Of a stretch of DNA of 64,000 nucleotides, positions 25,711 to 39,036 are shown one piece after another. The notes under the pieces are model-generated. The model searched no databases. It was not told where the DNA came from and saw nothing but the letters and a program-made list of their open reading frames with translations. The stretch's first letter is position 1. Every line of letters begins with the position of its first letter. The stretch is from assembly GCA_013239625.1 (NCBI GenBank), contig MU054323.1, positions 19,861,082 through 19,925,081 of the forward strand. Direction: 5' to 3'. A program made the position numbers and the translations under genes. Source of the DNA: Lama guanicoe (Eukaryota).

Positions 25711-27989
25711 GACCAGTCCCACCCACCTCACCATTTTAGTAAGGATCCACCCTACCACCTTCATATAGTTGCTCCCTAGAAGCAATGCACTGGCAGCTCA
25801 CAGAAGTTCAAAAACTGTCCCCAGGGAAGAGCCAAAGTCCCAGGTACTTGCCCCAGTACCTCTTACAATCCAACCAAACCGTAAAAGTTCAATGACATCA
25901 ACCCCTGAAACTAACTCCAAGCATTCAAAGCTTACAATAAGTACTGCCTCCTTCAGGAAGCCTTCCTTGACTGCTCCAGTCTTCACTGATCTGTCTCCTC
26001 AATCTCTAAAACCTTTATTCTTCTAATTTAATGCTTGAATATATTCTTCTAATATTGCATGTGTGCTAGCCTATGAGTTAATCTCTCCAACTAGCCTGGG
26101 GACATCAGGGAAGTGAGATCAAGTTCTAAGTAACCTTGGTCATGCTACTGGTTTGTTGGTTGGTTTTGATGTTTGTTATGCTTTGCCTGCTTCTTGAAAA
26201 ATTCTGGTGTTGCTGAAATTAAATGTACAAATAGATGGGGCAGTTGAAGTGCAGATGAAAGGGGAGATGAGAAACCACATAGAGGAAGGGGAAGAGCAGG
26301 AACTAGTGATAATATAATTTTGTAAATGGGTATTAAATTCTGGGCTCCCTGACAGTCAAAGCAAAAAGGGAAACACAATTGGTTATGTCATTCTTACTGT
26401 CTGAATAAAGAGAAGCAATATTAGCTCATAAGTAAACATAACCTTTTTCCTCATGATAAATTCTAGTGAAATTTATCACATAGATCCTAAAAGACAGGAC
26501 TCCAGGAAACATAATGGATATTGTCTTCCACTGAGTTTTGAAAGATATCAAAAATGTGGGATTTTTTTTTTCCTATTTCTTATGTTTACTTTGTAAGAAA
26601 TGAAGCTATAGTATTGAACCTTGGCTCAGTGAAAGCATTTTTAATAAGAAGTTAAGTGAATATGTTCTAATTCTTCCTGGTTTCTAGTGATCTGATTAAT
26701 AAGAGGGCACTCAGAAGTTTTCAGCTGCCTAGAGCTTTTACAAAGGCTTCAGGTGTGGCTCCCCCAGGAGCTTCTGACAGCCTTAAGGAAAAGATAGGGA
26801 TGCTGTAAGAATCTAGGTTTTGGTGAGGGGTAGAGGAAGGATGGCTGGAAACAGCCACATTCCACTTCCCCCCTACCTTCCTTCCTGCAAGCTAAAAGCC
26901 GACTGTTGGAACTACCCACCCTCCCCAGAGGGCACTTCCCAGCCACACCCCCAGGAAAGGGATAAAGGAAAACTCTGTCACCAAGGGCCCACCCCAGGGT
27001 AGGATGCTGAGAATGGCTTGAGGAACTGCCTGACCCCATGTATCATCCTTTAATAAGTGCTACACTTTGGGGTTTGTTTGCCCCTCTTTTAAAAGCAGGG
27101 AACAAATAATTAGATGACTCCAAAAAAAGTTTCCTTTTTTGGTTTTATTTGGGCCTTTTTTTTTTAAACCAACTCCCTAAATGGGTGGGAGACTCAAACA
27201 AACAAATGGAAAATAAACCACAGATTAACCCCCCACCCTGGGCTGGACAACATCAGTAAGAGGAAACTGTGGCTTGGGTTTCTGAGGGGTTGCTTACAAG
27301 CACATACGTCCTCTCTTCCTAGCCACCCACCCCCATCTCAGATGCCAGCGCTTGTGCTTGGTGGCTAGCAGTGAAAAAACCAAGATGAATCACGATATGA
27401 TGTCAGGATCCGTAGATTGTCAAGAGTCTGAGCAGCAGGTCTGGGATGAGAGAGCAAGGCTAGAGGTAAATAAATATCTCTGGCACAGGCTGTGGTCTTT
27501 TGTTTGCAGATGGTGGCAGCCTGGATTTCCTTCCTGCTGGTGAGAAAAGGACGGCTGGAGTAGGTGGAGCTGATCCAGGTGCAGGTGGAGAGGCTGCTGG
27601 GCAGGAGGGACTGCTCTTCTCACTCTTAGGGAGCCTCCCCACTGCTCCCTCTCCTAGGGGGAGGGGCCCAGCCTGGGAGAAGTCTTTCCCCTGCATCTCT
27701 TAAGGAAGTTCAACCTGGCTGTGCGGGCCTTGCTTGCCTAGGCGGCTTGCTTCTAGGTCAGTGGATACTGGCCTCAGTGCTGAAAGGTGTCTGCTGTACT
27801 CATTTCTAATTCTCTGGCAGGCTGCTATTGACCCAGGCTCTCCCCTTCACCTAGGATTAGAGGAAAGAGGGGTTAGGGTCATTTTTGGCTACTCAGCATC
27901 TGAACCCCCTTCCCATGTGGGAGATGTTGACCACTTCATGAATCTCACTGTCCTAAGAAAGAGCCTTCTAGTCTTCTAGAAGAGACTAG

Positions 27990-28430
27990 TCTCCTTTGCA
28001 GCTAGGACATGGACACAACCGAGATGTGGCCAACAAGGTGCACCTGCTCCAGGTGGAATCAGGAGTTACTGGCACCAACAAACAGGGACAGTGGAGAATC
28101 CTTTCTGGAGGAGGCTTCGGGGCCACAAAAATATCCGCTGCCACTGCCCATGGTGATATTTAGTGTCCAGGGTTGACAATGGTGGCAGTGCAAGTTGTGG
28201 GGCAGCACTACGCAGTGGCTGCAGGGGTACCCTCATCTCACCCTTTCTGGGCTGTGATTGTGCCTGTGGCCTTGGATGTGATCCTGGGTTCTTAGTTCTT
28301 ACGTTTTTCTGAGTCTGTTTTCCAGCCTACTCAGTGATTATGAATTACTCTATAGTCTTTCAACAAATTCCTTTTCTGCCTAAATCAGTCAAGAGTTAGT
28401 TTCTGTTGCTTGCAACTGCAAACCCTGACT
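27990..28430 (+). mobile_element. ERVL-class solo LTR remnant (LTR16/LTR33-like)
   Basis: 3' end aaattccttttctgcctaaatcagtcaagagttagtttctgttgcttgcaac...aaccctgact is typical of these LTRs. Confidence 0.7.
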
Positions 28431-30099
28431 CTGTCCAACTACAACTGGTTTCAGTCAATCATTTGCAGATGCTTTTTTTTTTCACTGCCTGCATTCTTCA
28501 TGCCTCTGCCCTCCTGGCAATTCCACAAGTAATCCAGAAAAGGAGGAATGAGCATGCAGAGAATTTGACCGCAGCTGGGAAGTGAGCCAAGATAACTCCA
28601 AAGAACTTAAATATTAGATCCTTTATTTTGTTAGGTGGGATAGATGCAGGATTAATGAGACAGAAGGCTGTGGGCTGTCCATCTTATTTCATTTTTTTAA
28701 CCTCTAACTTGGTTATACAGTGATTCTCTATGGCACTAAAGAGCCCATGAGGCCATGGAGCTGGTCGCCTTGTTGTCCCCAGTACCCAGATTATACTGGA
28801 TACTCAGTAAATAGTAGTAAAGGATGATGATGGAAGTTTGAGAAAGAGAATTCAGGGGAGAGAAGCTTCATGTGTGCTTAATGTCTCTTTAAAAAGAGAA
28901 CTGCCTCGACTATGTGGGAGCTGAAGATTAAGGCTGGTGAGTTGAGCCAACACTGCAGATATTTGGTGGTGCTGATGAAAGAGCAAGAACCTGGAGCCTT
29001 AGCCCTCAGACTGTCAAGGACAGAGATGACACAATCCTAGGCAGGCAAAGCCTATCTCGGGTCTAACCCAGACAGAATGCCAGTCCATTTCTTCTGGGAA
29101 GGGGTCCCCAAGAGTGCCTGCAAGTTCAACTGAGATGGTTCTCCAAAAAGCATGTTGAATCAAATTCGAATACATTGAGAGTACTTGGCTGAAACCCCAG
29201 AATGGGGTTGGGGGGTGAGTGAAGTTAGTCTGAATCTAGAAAACCAAGGGCAGGTTGGTCTAGAAAATCATCAGCTACCTTAACCATAAAAGAACCTCAG
29301 TGCATCTGTTGTAGCCCTGTTTTGAGTAACACTCGCATTTGGATTGGAGTCCACAAGGATGCATTTGCTACAAACTGACTCTAATTCTAATTCTTGTTTA
29401 TGGGATTAATCAAGAACACCTTTACGTTAGGCAAGTCTCTTAACTAACTTGCCTAAGTTTTAATTTCCCAATTTTAAAATCCCTAGTGATAAGAGGGTTT
29501 GGGCCATCTTGCTCACCAATTTCCTCACTAAAATTCAACGTTCTGTTAATTTTCTTAAGGAAAAGAATCATGTGTTCCTTTTCACATGCCATCCAAGTAC
29601 AAAGCTGGACACAGCAGATGCAGACAGCCCAGCGTGTGACCGTATTCCAGAAAAGCCTAGGCTAGACTCCTCTAAGAACTTCCTCGAGCCAGGACCCAGG
29701 GCTAGCAGTGACAAAGTTAGGAGGAGGAGAATACTGGCATCCTCCGACCTGTAACTAGGCTCTGTACCCAGTTACACCTAAACTGCTTGTGGCACTTAGG
29801 TTTGCTGCAGCAGCTGGATTTCCAAGGCATCGTCTTCTAGCCCACGCTTATCTTTAAATTCACATTGAACAGTAGAAGATGGTTAACGTCAATGCTTCCA
29901 ATATGATCTGGGGCTAGTGGAGGAAAGAATTGTGAAACATCATTCACATGCAAATATATGTTAAACCTGTACTATGCAACTTGGTTTTAACACATGGAAT
30001 CTGGGATGACTGTTTTGCTCCGCGAAGGTGCTGCGACTCTTAGTCCTGGGCTTAGAGTGATAAGCAGATTTGAAGGTCACGAGTTACAGCAGACAGGAT

Positions 30100-30700
30100 G
30101 GTCATCTTATTTCCTCTGCTTCCTCCCTGGGGAGAGGCGGGAGGACTCCGCAGGGGGAAAAAAAAAAAAAAGACGTGGGAAGGAAAACAAGTCAGTCCCT
30201 GCAGGCGGTGCAGAGAGGAGAAAGAAGGGTGACAGACGTGGGCGCTGCCAGCAAACTTCTGATGCCCTGCATTGCTCCAAGGAGAGGAGGCAGGTCTTCC
30301 CAAATCCAGGCGCCCCAACATGATTGCGAAAGCCACACCCATCGGCCCACAGGCAACCAACGCTGCTGCAGAACCAGCGAGACACCTTGGGAAGCTGCCC
30401 AAGTTTCTGGAGACATCTCTGTAAAAGCTGCCTTTCTCCCTGGCGGATGCTGGAACCCCAGCGTGGGGTGCCCCAGAGCTGCCTTTTTTTAAAAGGCAAA
30501 GTTAATTTCAGAAATGTTGTCCCCGATGTTGTTGTACGGCTAATAGCCAACTCCTTCTCCCACCGGCGGGCGGGCGGCCAGCAGGGCGGACTGAGCACGC
30601 GCGTAGAGGCACTCAGCGAGCTTTGATGTCAACAGAGGTAGGCAGGGCAGGCCCCGGTGGAAAACCGTGAAGTCAGCAGAGTTATCTCCGGCACTCCTCC
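30100..30700. promoter_or_regulatory. Small CpG/GC-enriched non-repeat element (candidate distal enhancer or orphan CpG patch)
   Basis: Local CpG retention (ccggcgggcgggcggccagcagggcggactgagcacgcgcg) in a CpG-depleted background; no repeat recognised. Confidence 0.5.
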
Positions 30701-33269
30701 CTTCCCCCTTGCTTCCCCTTTCTCCACCCATTTCCCCCCTTTTAGCTTCCAGCTTCTCATTCCCCCGGGGACCCTGGAACAGAAGAAAACCCGCCATCCT
30801 AAGATATGAGGGGCCAGCTCATGGCTCCAGCTATCAAAGCTGGCTTCCCCCCACCCTAAGTCTAAAACAAACAAAGGAGAGCATTCCATACATTTTCAAA
30901 GAAAAGAGAGGCAACACAGAAACCTTGTCCTTTGTGCTCTCTCACTTAAACCCCAAGAGTTTGGGGCCTCGAGTTTGAAGCTGTCTCCCTGCCTCCTGGG
31001 GTTTTAAAAAGATTCAAAAGTGCCTCCAACCAATACAGCTGCTTGGTTTATGGCTCAAAGTTAAACCACGAATTATAAAATGATAAATCGCTGCTCAGAG
31101 CTCTTCCAGGAAAGACTATGTTGTCAAGATTAAGTTACAACCTCATGGACCTATGAGTGAGTCTAGCTGCTGACTAACTCTCACACTTATTTTCCTGCCG
31201 AAGATGTTTTTTTTCTTCATGAACTTTCACTGTTTCTGAATGCTTTAAACAAAGAAAATGACTGAAAGCAAGAAAAACATCGGGGACTTCTTAACCCGTG
31301 GAACTTTTTACAGCCCTTATTATGTAACGGCTGCTTTCGTTTTGTGAGACCCAAAGGAAGTTTAAGAAATATCTTTCTTCTTGAGCACTTAACTGCCAGA
31401 GATCAGCGAGAAATGGCTTCACGTGGGCAGCTCCACTCACTTCAGACTCTAGTTGGAACGTGTAGCGGGTGGTAAATCAAAGCTGGTTGTAAGGAATTTG
31501 GGTCTTAAAGTATCTCTTCAGTGATTTGGGCAGGACTGCAACATGAATTACTGTATTTTGTTCCCATGAAAATCAATTCTTTGGAATTCTCCTGCGGGGT
31601 CTGGTCTAGTGAGAGAGTATGACAAATAATTAGGCCACATGCATATTTTTCTGTAATGATGCCCCTCTCTGCCAGGGTGCTGGCAGACAGGAAGAGGTGA
31701 GAGGAAATGCTTCTCAAAGGCCTCAAAAGGCCCCTATCTTGCCTGACTGCAGGGTCTGTCACGCTGACCTCATTTGGATCACCTGGGGCTGTAGGAAGAA
31801 ACCCAATCATCCATCCATCATGTTTCTCCAGCACAGTGCCTTGGTTACACAACTCTGATCCGGTTTCTCCAAGGCCACTTGAATCTTGAGGACCATCAGA
31901 CTGTGAGTCATAATCACTTTAGCATTTACTCCTCTTTCCCTCTTGTTGATTTTATACTTCAGACCCTTCACTTTCTTTCTTGGGGTCATTGGGTCCTGCG
32001 TGGTAGGTTTTGTTTTCTGATGTCAATTCACCTTATCATCCACGCCAGCCACTGCAGGGCCTGCCACGGCAACACTTTGCTTTTCTCGAAGTCAGCCCTG
32101 CCTTCCTTACTGCTGCTTTTTCTGGGATACTTCACATTGTGGAGGGAGTGCTTTTCCTGTGATTATAGCTCTTTCTTCCAATTTTGACTAGTCTGGCGTC
32201 TCTATGATTATGGCTCATTAGGGACTCCTGAGGCTAGAAGGAAGGCACTTTTTCCTTCTTATGCTGCCTTGTTTTTATTTTTTAAAATAGCATGTATTAT
32301 AACTTATTTATGCAGGGAAGTATAAAGATGAAAGCAATAATGGTGGTTAATCCCACAGTCTAGATAACCCCTAACAGGATTTGAAAAAATGAAAGTGATA
32401 TATACATGGGAAGAAAATTAAAGCAATAAAAAGGGTATAAAAGGGGAAGTAAAAGCTCCCTCTTCTGCTCCTGATCCCTCCTCAAAATATAATCACTATC
32501 ACTATTTTTTGTGTATCCTTTTTGCTACATATTTATGTATATCCTTTCACAAAACTTTACATTAGAAAGATCTTACTATATGTATCATCCTACATGTTGC
32601 TTTTTGCAGCTAAAATGCTATCTTGGAGATCTTTCCACATGTGCACTGCAGACATACATACTCCCTATTTTTAATGTCTGCCTAGTCTTTGTCAGAAGAG
32701 AGTGTGCTTCCAAATGAAAGACATTCAATTAAAGTAATTCCAGTCCCCTTTCTGGCCCTTTACTTCCTCTCCTCCCTGAGTCCAGAGTGACTTATCTAAC
32801 AAGTTTGGGAGAATAACCTAGGCGTACTAGATTCAACTCTGCCCTCTCTGAGGCTCGTTTTTTTGGTTTGTTTTTTGTTTTTTGCTTTTTTTTATGATTT
32901 CCACAATGGGGAAAAAAACTAGTACCTTCCTTGGATGGAGATTAGATGAGTTAATAGATGTAAAGTTCTTAAAACATTGCCCGATGCATAGAAAATAGTT
33001 CTTGTAATTATCCCCACATACGTTGTAGTGGGACTTGCTCTCTCCCTTGACAATATATCTTAGGGATTATTCCACAGCAGTATATAGGGACATACCTCAT
33101 TTTAAAAGTGGCTAATATGGTGATTCATAGTACAACCATGCAGTAGTTTATTTAGATATGCCCCAATTTGGTTTGTTTCTAGCATTCAGCCCTTTCTTAT
33201 CTGATTACACGGAGTTGAGCTGATCAACCTAAGCTTCACCAGCCATAAGTGTATTGCACTTTATTTATT

Positions 33270-33525
33270 TAACAAATATGTGTGTCCTTTCCTACCTGTC
33301 ACACAATGTCCTAATCCCCTTAAAAGTGTTATTTCATTTAATACTCATAATGACGCTTTTGAAGGAAGAGCTGTGTAATCCCCATAGTACAGATTGGGAA
33401 ACTGAGGCTCAAGGAGGTTAAGCAACTTACCTGAGATCGCCTGGCTAGAGAAAACGAGGGCTGGGATTCCAACCCAGACAGTCTGGCTCCCAAGTCCATA
33501 CTCTTGACCTCCCTGTCCACACTCT
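33270..33525 (-). mobile_element. MIR SINE
   Basis: cccatagtacagattgggaaactgaggctcaaggaggttaagcaacttacctgag...gctgggattccaacccagacagtctggctcc. Confidence 0.9.
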
Positions 33526-34837
33526 GCACCTCTCTTTGTTCTCAAATCTGGCGTCACTGCAAAAAGACCCCGAGCCCCATCTTGTCATATTTTATACCCA
33601 TATTCTGGGTGGGAATTCAGCCTTTTTGAAATATACTTAGAAATATACAAGTAATCTTAAGGAGAACATAATTGCTAAATCAACCTGACTTCTTCAACTA
33701 ATAAGAGCCAGCTTTTCTAAGGACTGTTCCTGCTGATAGCCAGACAGCATCAAGAAAGTCCTAGAAGTGAAGATACCAGCACTTGCCTTCAGAGGCCCCA
33801 GGTCTGGGCTCTCAGCTCTGCTCTCTGTGCCACGCTGGCCTGCTGAGCAAACTCACAATGCAGGTCAGCAGACAGCCTTAAAATAAACAAACATGTTTGT
33901 GTTGTGCCCAGTTATGGAACAGTGCGTATTCAGTTAGGTAGTGTGAAACTCATGCAAATAATCTTTTCTTTTTTCAATTCCTGCTGCGTATGAATCTTTG
34001 ACTAACTTGGCCAACTCAGATTCCTAAAATACTAAGGTTCAAAAAGTCTGGTCAAAGTTTGCTAGTTAAACATGAAACCCTGCCTCCTCTGTCCTCCATC
34101 GCTGCCCTCATCCCTACCCTCAAGCTACTTTAGCTTTTGGACATGTGTACACTAAATGCCTTTTTCTTTAAAGATATGGGTGAGATATTTCTTTTGGAGT
34201 ATGTCCAGACAATCTGGCAAATCCACACTTGACATTAGCCACAGGGAAGAATTTTTTTAAAAAAAAAAAACAGAGGAACAAAAAATAAAATTAGGGCAGA
34301 CTATGGACCTACCCTCTTTCCAAATGGAAGACTTTATCAAACTGAATGGGTTTAACACTTTTTTTGGCTTTATACATGGAAAAATATGTATGTATATATA
34401 CATAATTTAATATTCTGGAAAGTTTTTATTAATGACTGGAGTTTAAGTTTTCATTTCAAAAGTTACTGCTTCTTCTGACATACCAAAACCTGTATTTTTC
34501 CTTTTTAAAATAAACTTCGATCTCTGGGTTCTGTCCTTTTAGAAAGAAAGTACTTAAGGCAAGTTTTCTACCCATCCTGAAGCTTAAATTTTGGCCCAAG
34601 GAGCTTCCTGTCCTGTTCCAGCTGTGACTTGTTGGAAGTAGACCTGGCAAATGAAGACAACTTGCTGTACATTTGGGGCCTTTGCTGTGCCTCTGGGCCT
34701 TTAGGAAATAGGATGGGAGATAGGGAGAGGATGGGGGAGCTCTGACGGGAACAGGAATCGGGGTCTTCCCAGGGCCTTCTTTCTACTCCTTCACTCTTCA
34801 CATCATCCAAGGGATGAATTGCCTCTGCACACATGAC

Positions 34838-35342
34838 ACAGTTCATTTTACTGTTCTTCCCTTTATTGTGCTTTGCAGATATTGTGGATGTTGTGGGTTG
34901 TTTTGGATTTGTTTTGTTTTGTTTTTTTCAAATTGAAGCTTTGGGACAACCCTGCGTCAAGGAAGTCTGTCAGCACCATTTTTCCAACAGCATCCGGCAT
35001 CTGCTCATTTGGTATCTCAATGTCACATTTTGGTAATTCTAGCAATATCTGACACTTTTTCATTATCATTACGTTTGTTATGGTGACATGATCAGTGACG
35101 TATGATGTTACCACTACTACTCGCTGAAGGCTCAGATACTGGTTAGCTTTTTTAGCAATAAGGTATGTTTAAATTGAGGTATGTACATTGTTTTTTAGAC
35201 ATAGTGCTATTGCACACTTAATCAGCTACATAACTTTTATACGCACTGGGAAACCAAAAAGTTCATGTGACTCGCTTTACTGCAATCTTCACTGTATTGC
35301 TGTGGTTGGAACCAAACCCACAATATCTCCGAGGTATGCCTG
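34838..35342 (+). mobile_element. Internally deleted Tigger1-type DNA transposon
   Basis: tttattgtgctttgcagatattg...caaattgaag...caaccctgcgtc (Tigger1 left end) joined to gcactgggaaaccaaaa...caatatctccgaggtatgcctg|TA (right TIR). Confidence 0.9.
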
Positions 35343-35639
35343 TATGTCTAATCCAACTCTTCTCACAGGGAGGTCATTGAGCAAGAAAGGATTGCATTGG
35401 GATGGGACCATGGTTTGTCTTATGCTTAATTACAGTGTGTTAATGCCAGGGATTAAACGCAGGAAACTAGATCTGGCAGAATTACTAAGGTGAAAGACAG
35501 AAATTGATTGAAAAAGAAGTGATCCATTTTTCGTTAAAAATATCAGCTATACACACAAAAAATCAATCACCTTGTCCTCCCGCCCCAGTATCATCTAGTG
35601 GAAACTGCTCTAAACCCTGGTCCCTGCTGGGAAAGTAGG

Positions 35640-36100
35640 TCTAACAGCCATGCTTCGTACCATGTGATCCAGCTGTCTGTCTTCATGGCTGATTGGACCG
35701 GAAGTGGGCACTTCATTCAAGGGCAAGCCATCCATAGAGTGACTAGATTCCCATGACATGTAAGCCAGATATGTAGAGATGCTGGGCCAATCAGAATCTC
35801 TCTCTCAGAGACGTAGTGTGAAAGTAAAGAGAGAACGTCCCAGTTATTAGCAGGACAGAAAGGAGGATAGCTGAACTATATTTACAATGCTGAAATACCA
35901 CAAACACCTATGAATTTGATGAGTTCTGTCCAGCCACCTCAAATTAAGAACTAGCTTTTACACAAGTTTCTCTGAAGCCAGCCCGCCATGATTTCTGTTC
36001 TTGGGTTTCTGAAAGCTTTCATTATCTTATCATGTATTTTTCTTAAAGTTCTTGTACTTGAGCTAGCTGGAATGAATGCCTGATACTTGTAGCCAAAAAA
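35640..36100 (+). mobile_element. ERVL LTR remnant (LTR16-like)
   Basis: gattggacc...gggcac...tgggccaatcagaatctctctc motif and an LTR16-like 3' end. Confidence 0.55.
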
Positions 36101-36347
36101 AGCCAAACTAAAGCATTATCAAAGAGGCAGGCAAAAATAGAGCCAAAATAAAGGGGACTGAGAAATCAGGAAAGTCTAAATCAGAAGCAACAAGAGTAAG
36201 TGACTTTGCTAAGACTCTTGAAGTTGCAAATAATGTTACTGAAACTAACGCAAGTTGATTAAAGAAGAAAAACGAATTCACGTATTCATGTGAAGGATGC
36301 TGGAGTAGCTCAAGGACAGCTAGGGTTCTTAAAGACTAGTGTCAGTG

Positions 36348-36857
36348 CCTCAAAATGTTAATTGTAGTGTTGTTGCCATATGACCCAGTGATTCTCCTCC
36401 TGTGAAAACATACATGCACACAAAAACTTGTGCAGCAGTGTGCACAACAGTGTTATTTGTAATAGGCAAAGAGTGGAAGCGACTCAAATGTCCATCAACT
36501 GATGAATGGACAAAGCAATTAGTATACCTGTACAATGGAATATAACTGGGTCGTAAAAGAAATGAAGTTCTGATACGTACTGCAACATGGATGAACCTTG
36601 AATAAGTGAAAGAACTAGAGGCAAGAGGTCACATGTTGGATGATCCTATTTGGTTGCTAGGAGCTTAGCAGAGTGGGGGATGGGAGTGACTGCTAACGGG
36701 CCTGGAGTTTCTTCTGGGGGAGATAAAAGTGGTCAGGAGCTGGATAGTGATGGTTGTTGTGCTACTCTGAACATACTAAAAACAACTCAGTTGTAGACTT
36801 CAAAAAGGTTGAATTTTATCACATGTGAATTATATCTTAAGCTGTTATTACAAAAAT
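36348..36857 (+). mobile_element. L1 (L1MB-like) 3' end
   Basis: aaatgtccatcaactgatgaatggacaaa...tgcaacatggatgaaccttgaa...gagtgactgctaacggg...tgtgaattatatct. Confidence 0.88.
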
Positions 36858-37114
36858 TGTATGTATACGAAAACAGAACAAAGCAAAACAAATGAACAAA
36901 AAAGTTGTGTCCCAAAGTGGAAAGCCAGGAAGAGAAAACCGGACAATTTTCCACATCCCCGCTTCTCTCTCTCTCGGGCTGTCACCTCTGCTTCCCTGTG
37001 GACATCTGCTTCATTCCTGTCTCTCTACAAACCAGCCTTCTTAGCTTTTTCATGTGCATTGCAGACTAGGAACCCCACAGTTCAAAATGTGTCTGTTGTG
37101 ACAGAGACTAACTA

Positions 37115-37480
37115 GATGATCTCCTATCCGTTCTCTTCTTTCTGGGCATATAACTAGATGACATTTTCCAGAATCCTTTGCAATTAGGTGGGGTCCTGTG
37201 ATGAGTTATGGCCAGTGAAATGTGGACAAAAGTGATGCATACTACTTCCAGGTCTGACCAATTAAAAATAATCTACTCCACATCCCTCCATCCTCTTCTT
37301 CCTCTGACTAAAGCCTTAGAAACAAAATTGAACCACTAGATGAAAAATGAGCCTGGGTACTTGATAAAATTTATGGAGCAAAGCATTTTCCCATCTCCAC
37401 TGACTACATTGAACTGTGACGTGATTGAGAAATAAACTTAAGCTACTGAAATTCGGGAAGTGGTTGTTACAGCACTAACA
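37115..37480 (+). mobile_element. MLT1H/I/J-like solo LTR, lying within an older antisense MLT remnant (about 36210-37680)
   Basis: cattttccagaatcctttgcaattaggtgggg...ggccagtgaaatgtg...aagtgatg...acttccagg...taagctactgaaatt...ttgttacagca. Confidence 0.75.
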
Positions 37481-37939
37481 AGAGACTAGCCCAGATTGAC
37501 TGGCTGGCTTTCTCAGTTCCAACTTGAAATCTTCAGGTAAGAAAATTGTATTGGTCCGAAGTGAGTTGGGGGTCTCCTTGTTTAATCAACTGAAGCCAAC
37601 GCATGAGGTCACATAAACATAGTTCCCTGGGGACGACTCACGTAGGCAAGCAGCATTTCTTAGGGAAAAGATGTCTACTACAGTGGTTAAGTAGGAGGGG
37701 GTCAGCATGGATTAGGGAGATGAAGGTGTGATGCCCAGAGTGGCTCTTTATTTCTCTAACACATTCATAGGTATAGCTATAGATATGGATATAGATGGTA
37801 TAGATACATTATAGATATAATATATTCTAGTTCCCAATTCTAAAGGTAAAGTTCCTTTTAGGCCATTTGAAAAATACTGAAAAACTCAAGTCACCATGTT
37901 GCAGTACTTTCTTCCCCTCCTTCCATCCTGCAAGGCAGT

Positions 37940-38190
37940 ATAATGTAGCTAAGAGTAGTGAAATCTCTAGAATGAAACTACGTAGCAATAGCCTTGCTTC
38001 ACAACTTCCTGGCTCTGGGACTTTGGGTAAATTATTTAACTGCTCTCTGTCTTAATTTCCCATCCAAATGGGGATATTAATGATAGCATTTACCATAGAG
38101 GAGTCTCATGAAGATTCATGAATTAATGTATGTTCAGTGTTTAAAACTGTGCCTGGGGCATAGTGGAAATTTATTTAGTGTTTGTTGTGA
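37940..38190 (+). mobile_element. MIR SINE
   Basis: ctttgggtaaattatttaactgctctctgtcttaatttcccatc...aaatgggga...aaaactgtgcctggggcatagt. Confidence 0.8.
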
Positions 38191-39002
38191 TTATGTATCT
38201 GAAACTGTGTATTGCAAATTTTTGAAATTTTTCTTGAATGTTCTAAAGATGGAAGGTAGACTATGTCTTTAGTGACAACTGTTTTTATGTTCCTGAGGAC
38301 CCCAAAGAAGTGGCAACCGGTTGTTCTTGGGGATGCCCTGAACTGGTGGAGTCATCCAAATGCAGATGTTTTAGTTGGAGATGATGAGGTTTGGACTTAA
38401 TAACACAAAGAGCTGTTTTTATTGGGGATAGATGTACCTTTGTCCAGATTACTGTAATGTCTCATTTCCTCTATTGATGGTCCAAAATAAGAAGTTGGGG
38501 CCCCAGAACTCGGGTCCAGAAGACTAGAGGAGACTCCCATCCAGGAGGGTGGGGCAAGCTCCCGCACCACAGTGGGGGGCTGAGAGCTCAGGGGAGGGAC
38601 TGTCAGGCGGGAGCCCCTGGCAGGAGCCTGACAGGGGAGCTTTAGGATCACTGATATCCAATATCCACTTTTAAGTTTTCTTTTTCTGCACTGTAATTCC
38701 TTGCTGTAATCCTTAAGACTTCATGAAGTTTGTTAAAATTGCAGCCTTCTGTTAGCGGCGTCTTGGGAAATGGAAGGAAGGTTTTCACATTTCATGGTAA
38801 GGTAGATGTTAGAGAGTGATAGCCAGCTGGAAAAACGGTTATGAGATGGCCAGAGGTGTCTGGGGAAGAATTCTAGAGCAGGGCTGCTGAGTGTAAGGTG
38901 ATCAGGGGAAACCAGCGTGGATTGGGGAATATGCAAATACCTGGAAAAAGGGAAAAGAAGGTAATCCAATAAAACTGGAAAATCTGGGTAATCTCTCTCC
39001 CT

Positions 39003-39004
<2 letters not shown>

Positions 39005-39033
<29 letters not shown>
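39005..39033. repeat. (TG)n microsatellite
   Basis: Directly visible tandem repeat. Confidence 0.95.

Positions 39034-39036
<3 letters not shown>

Noticed and set aside
30576..30592. CTCF-like motif ggCCAGCAGGGCGGAC
   Set aside because: Matches the 5' half of the core but lacks the conserved GGC at the expected position; too weak to call without a PWM scan or ChIP data.
29994..30978. Cluster of overlapping 74-163 aa ORFs
   Set aside because: GC-rich non-coding patch; no homology recognised, no consistent splice structure, and a poly-A run within the frames.
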